A stretch of 63,203 nt of DNA, counting the filler. It is 4 parts of 4 records of this genome, joined end to end, with 100 filler letters (N's around TTAATTAATTAA, not from the genome) between each part and the next. Parts side by side here need not be neighbours in the genome. Positions count along the whole stretch, not along the records: positions 1 to 23,684 come from SRR20825010_3565; positions 23,785 to 37,901 come from SRR20825010_3566; 2 more parts are not named here. The stretch is one strand, 5' to 3'. Below the pieces are notes generated by a model that was given only the letters and a program-made list of their open reading frames with translations, searched no databases and was not told where the DNA came from. The position numbers and the translations under genes are program-made. This document shows positions 22,785 to 33,082 of the stretch, piece by piece; the first letter of the stretch is position 1; each line of letters begins with the position of its first letter.

Positions 22785-22817
22785 TTCTAACACCACCTGA
22801 ACCGCAGGCCCTGATCT

Positions 22818-23684
<867 letters not shown>

Positions 23685-23784
23685 NNNNNNNNNNNNNNNN
23701 NNNNNNNNNNNNNNNNNNNNNNNNNNNNTTAATTAATTAANNNNNNNNNNNNNNNNNNNNNNNNNNNNNNNNNNNNNNNNNNNN
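23685..23784. other. Artificial contig spacer
   Basis: 44 N + TTAATTAATTAA + 44 N. Confidence 0.99.
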
Positions 23785-23786
23785 AT

Positions 23787-24287
23787 GCTGAACTGACCCG
23801 GCATTACATGAAACAGGCTGCTGATTTGGGCGATCCGAATTCGGCGTATCACCTGGCGCTTGAACTGGAAGGTGCTGCCAATCCGGATTTGGAGCAGGCA
23901 TTTAAATATTTCGACAAGGCCGCCCAGGGTGGTTTGTCGCAAGCCATGCACAATGTGGGTGTGTACTACCTGCAAGGCAAAGGGGTGGCAAAAAACATGA
24001 CACTTGCTTTGGCTTATCTTGCTGAGGCGGCCAAGCTGGGTTCGCCTTTGTCCATGCTGAGCTTGTCGCTGTTGTACCTGGACGGTGCCGAGGTTCAGAA
24101 AGATCGGGGCGTGGCTCTAAGCTGGCTTTACATTTATCAGGTTCTTTTTCCGGAAACGGACATTCCCGACCAGCTTCAGTTGCTGCTGGACGATGTGTCT
24201 GCCGAGGAAGAAAACTTTGCGCGCGCGGCAGCCCAAAATTTTGTGAATCATCAATTGAACAAATCCCCGACGGGCACTTTGCATTAA
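23787..24287 (+). CDS. Sel1-like repeat protein (probably 5'-truncated)
   Basis: Repeats QAADLGDPNSAYHLA, KAAQGGLSQAMHNVGVYYLQGKGV, AAKLGSPLSM; frame is open to the contig edge. Confidence 0.85.
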   Translation, partial: AELTRHYMKQAADLGDPNSAYHLALELEGAANPDLEQAFKYFDKAAQGGLSQAMHNVGVYYLQGKGVAKNMTLALAYLAEAAKLGSPLSMLSLSLLYLDGAEVQKDRGVALSWLYIYQVLFPETDIPDQLQLLLDDVSAEEENFARAAAQNFVNHQLNKSPTGTLH

Positions 24288-24370
24288 TACGGCATTGGGT
24301 CTTGGCTGAATGGGCTACACCTGCAATACTGAAAGCGGGAGTATTCCCTTAACCAGAAACGAGGATCGAC

Positions 24371-24499
24371 ATGACTGTTTGCCCGATTGCGATTGCTGTT
24401 GGTTGTAAAAAATGTCCTGCCTTTAACATTTGTCCTGCCAAATCGATCTTGGGTGATCAACCCAAAACCCCTGAAAAGCAGCCTGAAAAGAAACAGTAA
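24371..24499 (+). CDS. 42-aa four-cysteine microprotein
   Basis: GAGGA RBS 5 nt before ATG; MTVCPIAIAVGCKKCPAFNICPAKSILGDQPKTPEKQPEKKQ; terminator immediately downstream; below the ORF-track size cutoff. Confidence 0.8.
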   Translation: MTVCPIAIAVGCKKCPAFNICPAKSILGDQPKTPEKQPEKKQ

Positions 24500-24518
24500 G
24501 TTGCGACACTTTTTCTTC

Positions 24519-24547
24519 AAAAACCCCGACTTTGTTCGGGGTTTTTT
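24519..24547 (+). terminator. Intrinsic terminator
   Basis: AAAAACCCCGA-CTTTGT-TCGGGGTTTTTT. Confidence 0.8.
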
Positions 24548-24583
24548 GTTGAAAAATTGCTAAATTTGTTAAAAAAGGTTGCT

Positions 24584-24600
24584 TGGGCACGCTGCTTGCG
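24584..24600 (+). promoter_or_regulatory. Sigma54 (-24/-12) promoter
   Basis: GGCACG-CTGC-TTGC with exact spacing, about 70 nt upstream of the symporter ATG. Confidence 0.7.
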
Positions 24601-24672
24601 TACTAAGATGCAATTGCAATACCAAAGCCCCAAGTTGGCGCATCGCTTTTCACACAACAAGGAGAACAAGGC

Positions 24673-26016
24673 ATGGAAGCACTTACGCAGTTTGTTAACG
24701 CAGTCAACGGCATCGTGTGGGGCCCCCCCATGTTGATTGCCATTCTGGGTACTGGCTTGTACTTGCAGCTACGCTTGAAGTTGATGCCAATTTTCAAGAT
24801 TGGTTTGGGTTTCCGCTGGATCTGGAAAAGCCGCACACCCGAAGCCGGTGCCAAGGGCGACATCACCCCTTACGCCGCGCTGATGACGGCACTTGCTGCC
24901 ACCGTGGGTACCGGTAATATTGCCGGGGTGGCCACAGCCATTGCCTTGGGTGGTCCGGGTGCCTTGTTCTGGATGTGGATGACCGCCCTGGTGGGTATGG
25001 CCACCAAATATGCTGAAGTGTTGCTGGCGGTGCATTACCGCGAAACAGACGAGTTGGGTCAGCAGGTGGGTGGCCCCATGTATGCCATTAAAAATGGCTT
25101 GGGCAAAAACTGGAAATGGCTGGGCATTGCCTTTGCCTTGTTCGGTGGGTTGGCTGGTTTTGGTATTGGCAACATGGTGCAATCCAACAGCGTGGCCGAT
25201 GTACTGAAAGTGACTTTCGGCATCGACACCTGGATTTCCGGCGTTGTAATGACCGTGCTGGTGGGTTTTGTGTTGATCGGCGGGGTCAAGCGGATTGGTG
25301 CCGTGGCCCAGAAAATTGTGCCATTCATGTGCATTGCCTACATCATCACTTCGCTGATTGTTCTAGCCATTTATATTCAGGAAATTCCCGCCGCGTTCGC
25401 ACTTATTTTCCACAGCGCATTCAATCCGGTTGCCGCCACAGGTGGTTTCGCGGGTGCTGCCATTATGCTGGCCATTCGTTACGGTGTGGCACGCGGTATT
25501 TTTTCAAATGAAGCCGGTTTGGGCACAGCAGGTATTGCGCAGGCTGCGGGCCAAAGCAAGAACCCCGTTGAATCTGGCATGGTGGGCATGATGGGTACAT
25601 TCATCGACACCATCATCGTGTGTACCATGACAGGCTTGGTGATTGTGGTGACAGGGGTGTGGAACAGCGGTGTGAACGGTGCGGCGCTCAGTTCAAGTGC
25701 CTACGCCGCAGGTCTGCCTGGGGTTGGCGAATACATTCTGGCCATCGCCTTGGCGTTTTTCGCGTTTTCAACCATCATCGGCTGGTCTTATTTTGGCGAG
25801 AAATGCTGGGAATTCATTGCTGGTGCCGCCATCATCAAACCCTACCGCGTGTTGTGGACAGGTTTTGTGCTGGTGGGGGCCGTAACACAGCTTGATTTCG
25901 TTTGGCTGGTTGCCGACACTTTGAATGCATTTATGGCACTGCCCAACCTGATTTCCCTGATTTTGCTGTCGCCCGTCATTGTCAAACTGACCAATGAATA
26001 TTTCGCCAACAAATAA
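24673..26016 (+). CDS. Alanine/glycine:cation symporter (AGCS family)
   Basis: TVGTGNIAGVATAI, GGPGALFWMW, GGPMY, RGIFSNEAGLG. Confidence 0.96.
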   Translation: MEALTQFVNAVNGIVWGPPMLIAILGTGLYLQLRLKLMPIFKIGLGFRWIWKSRTPEAGAKGDITPYAALMTALAATVGTGNIAGVATAIALGGPGALFWMWMTALVGMATKYAEVLLAVHYRETDELGQQVGGPMYAIKNGLGKNWKWLGIAFALFGGLAGFGIGNMVQSNSVADVLKVTFGIDTWISGVVMTVLVGFVLIGGVKRIGAVAQKIVPFMCIAYIITSLIVLAIYIQEIPAAFALIFHSAFNPVAATGGFAGAAIMLAIRYGVARGIFSNEAGLGTAGIAQAAGQSKNPVESGMVGMMGTFIDTIIVCTMTGLVIVVTGVWNSGVNGAALSSSAYAAGLPGVGEYILAIALAFFAFSTIIGWSYFGEKCWEFIAGAAIIKPYRVLWTGFVLVGAVTQLDFVWLVADTLNAFMALPNLISLILLSPVIVKLTNEYFANK

Positions 26017-26284
26017 TTTTTGATCGTGTTTTGATCATCACCAGCCCCTGCAAAATGGGGCTGGCTCAACTTCCCTGCCTGTTTTCTATCCAGATTCCAC
26101 CCAGAACGGAACTACTTAGTTTTTTTCTGTGCATCCAAACGTTACCCAAATGGTTAGTAGGTTAAATACATATTTGTAGCTGTAACAATTGTTATTGTGT
26201 GAATAATTGGCGAGCCATATACTCAAACGGTAATGATTGTAGTTTAGTTTTTGTAGTTCCAATTTGAAGTGAGGATGAGGAAAA

Positions 26285-27898
26285 ATGAATACATCAAGGA
26301 AGACAAAAGCACCGAATAACAAGAAAAGTTTCAACAGAAAAATTCTAATGGGTGGTCTCTTGGCCACCATCAGTGTGGCGGCAATTGCCTCTAGCCACCG
26401 TGAAGCGCCCTCAATTACCACCACGCCGAAAGCTGACGGAACCGATTTTTACATGTTCCGAAGCTATGAAACCGACCGGTCGGATTTCATCACCGTGATT
26501 GCCAACTACCAGCCTTTGCAGGATGGGTATGGCGGACCAAATTATTTCTCGATGGACCCCAATGCCCTGTATGAAATTCACATCGACAACGATGGCGATG
26601 CGCAGGAAGAAATTACATTTCAGTTCAATTTCAAAAACAATTTGCGCGACCTGAAGCAAACCATTGGTGGCGAGTCGGTCAGCATTCCCCTAATTCAGCA
26701 AGGTGGTGTTTCCACCGTGGGCGACACCGACCTGAACCTGAATGAAACCTACACCATGACGGTGGTTCGCGATGGGCGCCGCAACAACAACCGCACCGCT
26801 GTTGCCAAAACCAGCGGTGGCAGCACCACGCTGGAAAAGCCGGTGGACTACATTGGTGAAAAAACCCTGGGCAATGCAGCGGCGTACCAGGCCTATGCAG
26901 ATGCACACATTCACACAGTGACCATTCCCGGTTGTGCAGCCGGCACCAACCAGGCCCGCGTATTTGTGGGGCAACGGCAGGAAGGTTTTGCGGTGAATTT
27001 GGGCACAATTTTCGACTTGGTGAACGCCGATTTTGCAACCATTTCCAATCGCGCCAATGAAAATGCAGCCGCTGCCAATTCCATTCAAGACAAGAACATC
27101 ACCAGCATTGCGCTGGAAATTCACAAAGATTGCCTGACCCCCAGTTCCGAGAACGTGGTGGGTGGGTGGACCACAGCCAGCGTGCGCCAGGTTCAAATTG
27201 GCGACGGCGTACCTGGGCAGGGCCATCAGAAAGCTGCCAAAGTTGGTGGTGCATGGGTGCAGGTTTCGCGCCTTGGCATGCCTTTGGTGAACGAAGTTGT
27301 TATTGGTTTGAAAGACAAAGACCGCTTTAACGCCTCCAAGCCAAGCGGCGATGGGCAGTTCCTAACCTACGTTTCCAACCCCACCTTACCCCAGCTGATC
27401 AGCCTGGTTCTTACAGGCAACGCTGGTGCAGCACCCACCAACTTCCCGCGTACAGATTTGCTCAACGTGTTTCTTGCCGGTATTGGTGGTGTAAACCGCC
27501 CAGCCAACCTGGTGTTGTCTGAAATGTTGCGCTTGAACACTGAAACAGCACCCACACCGATTGGATCGCAGAACAAGCTTGGCTTGGCTTTTGGTGATGC
27601 AGCCGGATTCCCCAACGGTCGCCGACCCATTGACGATGTGGTCGACATTTCGCTGGTGGCTGTTATGGGTGGTTTGTGTGTGGCCAACGGCAGTGGCAAT
27701 ACCTTGGGTTTGAATACCGTGCCCGGCACCACATTAAGCTCCGATTGCAGTTCAAACAGCGTGCCTTTGGGCAATACCTCGCTGAACATTCACGACGCAG
27801 TGGATCAGGGCCGTGTGCCATTCATGTCGCGCTTTCCGTTCCTGAGCACCCCTACACCGGGTTCAGGCACACCCGCGCCAACTCAAACAGCACCTTGA
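26285..27898 (+). CDS. Secreted DUF4331-domain protein
   Basis: Signal peptide then SSHREAP, DGTDFYMFRSYE, QVSRLGMPLVNEV, GFPNGRRPIDDVVDI, FPFL. Confidence 0.9.
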   Translation: MNTSRKTKAPNNKKSFNRKILMGGLLATISVAAIASSHREAPSITTTPKADGTDFYMFRSYETDRSDFITVIANYQPLQDGYGGPNYFSMDPNALYEIHIDNDGDAQEEITFQFNFKNNLRDLKQTIGGESVSIPLIQQGGVSTVGDTDLNLNETYTMTVVRDGRRNNNRTAVAKTSGGSTTLEKPVDYIGEKTLGNAAAYQAYADAHIHTVTIPGCAAGTNQARVFVGQRQEGFAVNLGTIFDLVNADFATISNRANENAAAANSIQDKNITSIALEIHKDCLTPSSENVVGGWTTASVRQVQIGDGVPGQGHQKAAKVGGAWVQVSRLGMPLVNEVVIGLKDKDRFNASKPSGDGQFLTYVSNPTLPQLISLVLTGNAGAAPTNFPRTDLLNVFLAGIGGVNRPANLVLSEMLRLNTETAPTPIGSQNKLGLAFGDAAGFPNGRRPIDDVVDISLVAVMGGLCVANGSGNTLGLNTVPGTTLSSDCSSNSVPLGNTSLNIHDAVDQGRVPFMSRFPFLSTPTPGSGTPAPTQTAP

Positions 27899-27908
27899 GG
27901 AGGGCATC

Positions 27909-28148
27909 ATGAAACTTAAAAACAAACTTGGACTTGCAGCAGGCGCAGCACTGTTGCTTGTGCTGGCTGCGTGCGGTGGTGATGGTTCGTTTTTTAACCT
28001 CGGTTCGGCTGGCAGTGATGGAAACATCAGCTCAACCGAAGCGGCTACTTTGTTGAGCACCACTTCAGAAACGGGCGATCCCGAAGATGTAAGCAATTTG
28101 ACTTTGGCCACATCGGAAACAGCAGAGCCATTTGATTTGCCTGATTAA
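27909..28148 (+). CDS. Small acidic lipoprotein
   Basis: GAGG RBS, lipobox LAACGG, TSETGDP/TSETAEP internal repeat. Confidence 0.8.
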   Translation: MKLKNKLGLAAGAALLLVLAACGGDGSFFNLGSAGSDGNISSTEAATLLSTTSETGDPEDVSNLTLATSETAEPFDLPD

Positions 28149-28174
28149 CTTAAAGAAATAATTGTTGTTTTAAG

Positions 28175-28207
28175 ATCCCGCCGCTTAAAAGGCTGCGGGA
28201 TTTTTTT
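28175..28207 (+). terminator. Intrinsic terminator
   Basis: ATCCCGC...GCGGGA followed by T7. Confidence 0.75.
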
Positions 28208-28256
28208 GTTTACAGTGCAATGCAGCTTTGATTAACAGTACTCTCTGGACTATTTA

Positions 28257-30338
28257 ATGAAATTTGTTCGATTTTTTCTGTGGTCTGCTGGCCTTGTTTC
28301 CAACAGCGTTCTTGCACATGGTGAGCACTTTGAAGCCGCAGAACTGGATGAGGTTTCAGTCACCGAGGATATTGAAGCTATTCATACACTGGGTGGCATC
28401 ACCAGTTCCCAAGGCATATTAGGCCCTAAGCGTTTGCTCAACCAAAACCCGGCAAGATCATCGGATGTGCTAGAGGCGGTACCCGGTTTGAATGTCACTC
28501 AACATTCTGGAGGTGGTAAGGCCAATCAGTATTTTTTACGAGGATTTAGCCTGGATCACGGTACTGATCTGTCCATTAATTTTCTGGGTGCTCCTTTGAA
28601 TTTGCCCGGGCATGCGCATGGTCAAGGGTATGCCGACTCCAACATGATTATTCCCGAATTGTTGTCGCGGATTGAATATCGCAAAGGTCCGTATTTTGCT
28701 CAAGACGGGGATTTCAGTTCCGCTGGGTCATTGAATATTGATTACGTCAGCGAACTGAAACGTGGGCTGGCCACTGTTTCTGTTGGGGAATTTGGTTACC
28801 GTCGGGGTTTGCTGGCGAATTCCTTACGGTTCAATGAAAATCAAACCAGTTTTTTATATGCACTTGAGCTGGCGGAGAATGATGGTCCTTGGGAAGTAGC
28901 AGAGAACCAATATAAGCACAACATGCTGTTTAAGCTGAACCATCGAATTGATGCCAGCAAGAAGTTGGAGGTTCAGTACACGGCTTATGAGTCTGCATGG
29001 ACATCAACCGACCACATACCGGTCGAGGCAGTTGATCGTGGTGTGGTGAATCGTTTTGGGAGTTTGGATCCAACGGCAGGCGGTTATACGCAACGGCACG
29101 CAATTTCCGGCAATTTCACTGCGGTTTGGGACCAGTCAATTACTCAGATTCGAGCTTATGTTTCAGACTACAAACTCGATTTGTACAGTGATTTCACCTA
29201 TGGCCTTCGCGACAATGCGGCTTTGGGCCGTCCCGGCGTGAAGTCAGACCAGTTCAATCAATTTGACAGCCGAACAACCTACGGCGGTGGCATTACCCAC
29301 ACTGTGTTTGAAAACCTGTCTTTTGTGCGCTCTCAGTTGGCAGCGGGTGTCGATTATCGCGTGGACAGTGTGAAGCCTGCCGGTTTGTATGAAAGTATCA
29401 GCAGAGAGCGATTGGCCACGCGCAATGAAGACGAGTTCGAACAAAGTAATCTGGGTCTTTTCGTGTCACAACAGTTGTTGCCGGTATCCTGGTTGAAGTT
29501 GACCGGTGGTTTGCGGTACGACCAGTTCGATGTCAACTTGAGCGGCCAATTTGATAACGATGAAGACCCCTCTACACCCAATATGCTCCGAGCGGGGTCT
29601 CGCAATGACTCACAAGTCAGCCCAAAACTTACGGCCAGTATCACGCCGTTCTCACACAACACCGAACTATTTTTTGCGACGGGTCGCGGTTTTCACAGCA
29701 ACGATCCGCGGGGGCTATTTACTGCTAACCCCGTCGATTATCTGGTGAAAACCAAAGGTTCCGAATTGGGTATTAAATCGAGTAATGCTAAAAAGAATCT
29801 TAGCGCTTCTGCAACTTTGTTTCAGCTTGAAAGCGATTCTGAACTGGTATTCGTTGGCGACGCAGGGACAACCGAGCCTAATGGCGCAACCAAGAGAAAT
29901 GGACTTGAATTTATTGCGAGTTACTTTAATAGAGACGGATTTGAAATTGATGGCTTCTTGACGCTTGTTGATGCTCGATTTGTAAATGCTGCTGAGAACG
30001 GCATACCCAACGCAATTGAAGAATCTGCTGCAGTGTCCACGAGCCAAACATGGGGCAACATCAAATTGGGCTATAAGCTGAAGTATGTTGGTAGCGCGCC
30101 TTTGACAGAGGACAAAAGCATCCAGTCCGATTCGGTTATCAACTCAGATTTGTTTGTCAATTTTCGAGTGAATAAAGATCTGAGTTTGAACCTTTCAATA
30201 TTTAATCTTTTTGACCGGGAAAACAGCGATATTCAGTATGCACAAGACTACTTTCTGGCAGGGAATCAAAAATTCGGGAAAACTTTTCATCCATCCTTGC
30301 CAAGGCATGTGCGTCTGACTGCTAATTTTCAATTTTGA
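28257..30338 (+). CDS. TonB-dependent receptor
   Basis: LEAVPGL, QHSGGGKANQYFLRGFSLDHGTD, HAHGQGYAD, terminal Phe. Confidence 0.93.
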   Translation: MKFVRFFLWSAGLVSNSVLAHGEHFEAAELDEVSVTEDIEAIHTLGGITSSQGILGPKRLLNQNPARSSDVLEAVPGLNVTQHSGGGKANQYFLRGFSLDHGTDLSINFLGAPLNLPGHAHGQGYADSNMIIPELLSRIEYRKGPYFAQDGDFSSAGSLNIDYVSELKRGLATVSVGEFGYRRGLLANSLRFNENQTSFLYALELAENDGPWEVAENQYKHNMLFKLNHRIDASKKLEVQYTAYESAWTSTDHIPVEAVDRGVVNRFGSLDPTAGGYTQRHAISGNFTAVWDQSITQIRAYVSDYKLDLYSDFTYGLRDNAALGRPGVKSDQFNQFDSRTTYGGGITHTVFENLSFVRSQLAAGVDYRVDSVKPAGLYESISRERLATRNEDEFEQSNLGLFVSQQLLPVSWLKLTGGLRYDQFDVNLSGQFDNDEDPSTPNMLRAGSRNDSQVSPKLTASITPFSHNTELFFATGRGFHSNDPRGLFTANPVDYLVKTKGSELGIKSSNAKKNLSASATLFQLESDSELVFVGDAGTTEPNGATKRNGLEFIASYFNRDGFEIDGFLTLVDARFVNAAENGIPNAIEESAAVSTSQTWGNIKLGYKLKYVGSAPLTEDKSIQSDSVINSDLFVNFRVNKDLSLNLSIFNLFDRENSDIQYAQDYFLAGNQKFGKTFHPSLPRHVRLTANFQF

Positions 30339-30342
30339 GATG

Positions 30343-31041
30343 TCATTGTTGCGGCTCCAAAATCACTGACAAAAACTGGCTTTTGTAGAAATCACCGTGG
30401 TCTTGTGTCACCAGCGTACGCAGCAAAGCGCGACTTTTTGGTTGCAAGAGTAAGGTGACTTTGCCGTTGTCGTCCGTATTTGACCACAATGTGATAGGTG
30501 TCTCTGGATACTCCAGCCCCACGGGTTGATTAGCCAGTGGTTTGCCGTTTCTGTACACATAGATCGATTCGGGGTCGTTTGCCTTCATCACAAACTGCGC
30601 AACATTTGCGTTATAAAGTGCGCTGTCGATCAGAATTGGCTTGATTTGAGCCAGTTTGAAATATTCTTCTTCAAATTTTTTACTGGCCCGAACCTTGTCG
30701 ATCAGGCTTTTGCTGACCTTGCTTTCTTCGAAGTGTTGCACCCCTTGGCGCGGCGACAGTTCGATCAAACTGGTTTTCAGTTGGGCCACGCAGTTGACCG
30801 GTTTTTGCGGGTAAATGTAGCGAATGCTTTTGGGGTCAAATGCAAGATTGAACACGTTCTGGCTTGCATCCATGCATTGAATGGATTGAACGTATTCGCC
30901 CTTCACTGTAATTTCTTTTGCCGGGAAATTGTGCCCTGTGGACAGCCCCATGCTTTGCTCGCCAACATCGATCCAGGTCAGGTGTGCCATGGCTGGAGCA
31001 GCTGCACTAATAAAGTAGAGGGCAATCAGTTTCTTGATCAT
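30343..31041 (-). CDS. DUF4198-like periplasmic protein
   Basis: AMA-HLTWI mature N-terminal His, GHNFP, NGKPLANQPV, TDDNGKVT. Confidence 0.65.
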   Translation of the reverse strand: MIKKLIALYFISAAAPAMAHLTWIDVGEQSMGLSTGHNFPAKEITVKGEYVQSIQCMDASQNVFNLAFDPKSIRYIYPQKPVNCVAQLKTSLIELSPRQGVQHFEESKVSKSLIDKVRASKKFEEEYFKLAQIKPILIDSALYNANVAQFVMKANDPESIYVYRNGKPLANQPVGLEYPETPITLWSNTDDNGKVTLLLQPKSRALLRTLVTQDHGDFYKSQFLSVILEPQQ

Positions 31042-31098
31042 GGGGGTTTTGGCGCTGCAGGTTAGAATCGTTCAACATTACTACACATCGGGGCGATC

Positions 31099-32133
31099 AT
31101 GGTGAAAACAAACGAGGCTTTGCCCAGTGATCTGGCGGCACAATTGATGGAAGCCGAGGTTGCTTTCTGGCTTCAAAATCTCAAGGGAAAAAAATTCCAT
31201 GCCATGCTGGCCGATGAAGCAGGGCGCATTCTGGATCGCTTCGAACACATCAAACTTCGCGATGCAGTGGATCAAAAAAAGGTCAAGGCCACTGCCCAAC
31301 GCTATGCCGTGGAAATGGAAATTGGTGGAGCCATTCCCGAGCTGTTTGGTGAAATTGCCAATCGAATTTTTGAGTTCCCCGCCAGCCAGACGACAAAAAT
31401 TGGTGAAGTAATTTCCGACTCGATCGCGACTGATTTCATCGAAAAGATTTTTGAGCAAGACGGGGTGCTTGACCACGCGGTCACCAACATTCGCAACAGC
31501 ACGCCATTCCGTCATTTTTTGTCCGATGTCATTTTCACGGTGCTCAAAGGTTATGTGTTTGAGCAAAATAATTTGATGAAGTTTTCAACCGTGGCCAGCA
31601 GCACGCGCAAGGTGCGCGAGTGGTTGAGCACCAAAGCGCCCGATTTGTCGGAAGGCCTTGAGGACCGCGTTCGAAACCTGATGGAAAGTGGGGTGAAAGG
31701 TTCGCTGGAAATGGTGGACGAAACGCTGGACAACGAGCAGTACCGCGAAACCGCGATGAACAGCGCCCTTGTATTTTGGGACGTAGTGCGCGAGTGGCCC
31801 TTGACCGCCTATCGTGACTATTTAAGCGAACAGGACCTGCAGGAATTCATGGTCATGGGTTACGAGTTCTGGCTTGAATTCCGCAACACGGATTATTTGA
31901 AATCGTGCATTGATCTGGGCGTTGATTTCTTCTTCGAGAAGTATGGTGATCAGTCGCTTCAAGACCTGCTCGACGACATTGGCGTAAGCCGGGAGATGAT
32001 TCTCGATGAACTGGACCACTACATTCCCGACCTGGCTGCCTTGATGATCAAGGAAGGTGTTGCCGAAGGATTTTTGCGCCGTCACCTTCAGCGTTTTTAT
32101 AGCAGCAAGAAGGTGCTGGATATTCTGGCCTAG
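31099..32133 (+). CDS. Hypothetical acidic alpha-helical protein
   Basis: 344-aa ORF with coding-like codon usage; no recognised motif. Confidence 0.75.
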   Translation: MVKTNEALPSDLAAQLMEAEVAFWLQNLKGKKFHAMLADEAGRILDRFEHIKLRDAVDQKKVKATAQRYAVEMEIGGAIPELFGEIANRIFEFPASQTTKIGEVISDSIATDFIEKIFEQDGVLDHAVTNIRNSTPFRHFLSDVIFTVLKGYVFEQNNLMKFSTVASSTRKVREWLSTKAPDLSEGLEDRVRNLMESGVKGSLEMVDETLDNEQYRETAMNSALVFWDVVREWPLTAYRDYLSEQDLQEFMVMGYEFWLEFRNTDYLKSCIDLGVDFFFEKYGDQSLQDLLDDIGVSREMILDELDHYIPDLAALMIKEGVAEGFLRRHLQRFYSSKKVLDILA

Positions 32134-33017
32134 GAACTGCTGGCCAGTATTTGAAAGTCTGTCGCCCAACCTGCTGCGCGCTCAGCGGCATTGTCGCGTT
32201 GTTGCGGCGTGGCTGTGTTGAGCACATCCACAATCAGTGCAATCGTGGCTTTTTGACGTTGCTCGCTTTCCTGCTTTTCAGCGGCGCTTGTCGGGCTTTG
32301 CCATTCATTGAGCAGCCGTGCAATCTCGCGGGTCAGTGTGGCCTGGTCAGTTTGTCGATTGCTGGCTTGCTTTACCAAACTCATGAAGTATTGTTGCCGT
32401 TCCAGTCGTTTTTGATATCTTGATTCTGCACGGTGTGTCTCTGCGCGTGCCCATGCTTCAACCCGTTTTTGTTGGACGGGGGTTAATGTGCCAAGCCACC
32501 GCTCGAACCGTTCGTCCATACGCTGCGCAGACGCGGCCACCCGTTGGTCGGTGCTTTGCATCAAACGTTCTTCCCTGTACTTTTTGTTGGATTTGTCCAG
32601 CGCCTCTTGAATATCCTGAATTTGGTTTGGCCACAGGCCCAGCATGTTTTTTGCAATGATGGGGGCAGCTTGGTTCGCAGTGCGTCGCAGCGAGATGCGC
32701 AGGGCTTGGTTCAAGGCTTGCACCTGCGACGCAGTGACTGGCTCAACAATTCCATTGCGCGGCAGCAGCGCCTGTTGAACATTTGTTAGCTCGCGCGCAA
32801 GCAATGGCAGTTCCTGATTGCGGTGCCATTCAACAATTTCCACAAGGCTGGTTTTCAGCAAACTGGATTGATCTGAGTCAAAGTCGACTTTGCTGGTGAG
32901 ATAGGTGTGCGCAAAGGTGGCTGAGTTGTTGTAGCCCAATTTGATGGCGCTGCACGCGCTGATTAACGCAATACTGGCAATCAGCAAAAAGGTTCTGGGT
33001 CGAATTCCAAGTTTCAT
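32130..33017 (-). CDS. Lipoprotein, DUF6279-like
   Basis: Lipobox ISAC then SAIKLGYN, WHRNQELP, ERWLGTLT. Confidence 0.75.
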   Translation of the reverse strand: MKLGIRPRTFLLIASIALISACSAIKLGYNNSATFAHTYLTSKVDFDSDQSSLLKTSLVEIVEWHRNQELPLLARELTNVQQALLPRNGIVEPVTASQVQALNQALRISLRRTANQAAPIIAKNMLGLWPNQIQDIQEALDKSNKKYREERLMQSTDQRVAASAQRMDERFERWLGTLTPVQQKRVEAWARAETHRAESRYQKRLERQQYFMSLVKQASNRQTDQATLTREIARLLNEWQSPTSAAEKQESEQRQKATIALIVDVLNTATPQQRDNAAERAAGWATDFQILASSS

Positions 33018-33082
33018 CGTTGATTCGTACCACTCACGGAAGTTTATAGGGCCCAGTTAAGACCAAGCGCGTTGGCTTTCGT

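Noticed and set aside
23729-23740. TTAATTAATTAA palindrome repeated three times
   Set aside because: Synthetic six-frame stop linker inside N runs
24288-24672. Glycine riboswitch upstream of the Ala/Gly symporter
   Set aside because: No recognisable aptamer; the region is explained by a small ORF, a terminator and a sigma54 promoter
26085-26160. ECF-sigma-like ATCC promoter motifs upstream of the DUF4331 gene
   Set aside because: The -10 matches are too weak to call by eye and no ECF sigma gene is nearby
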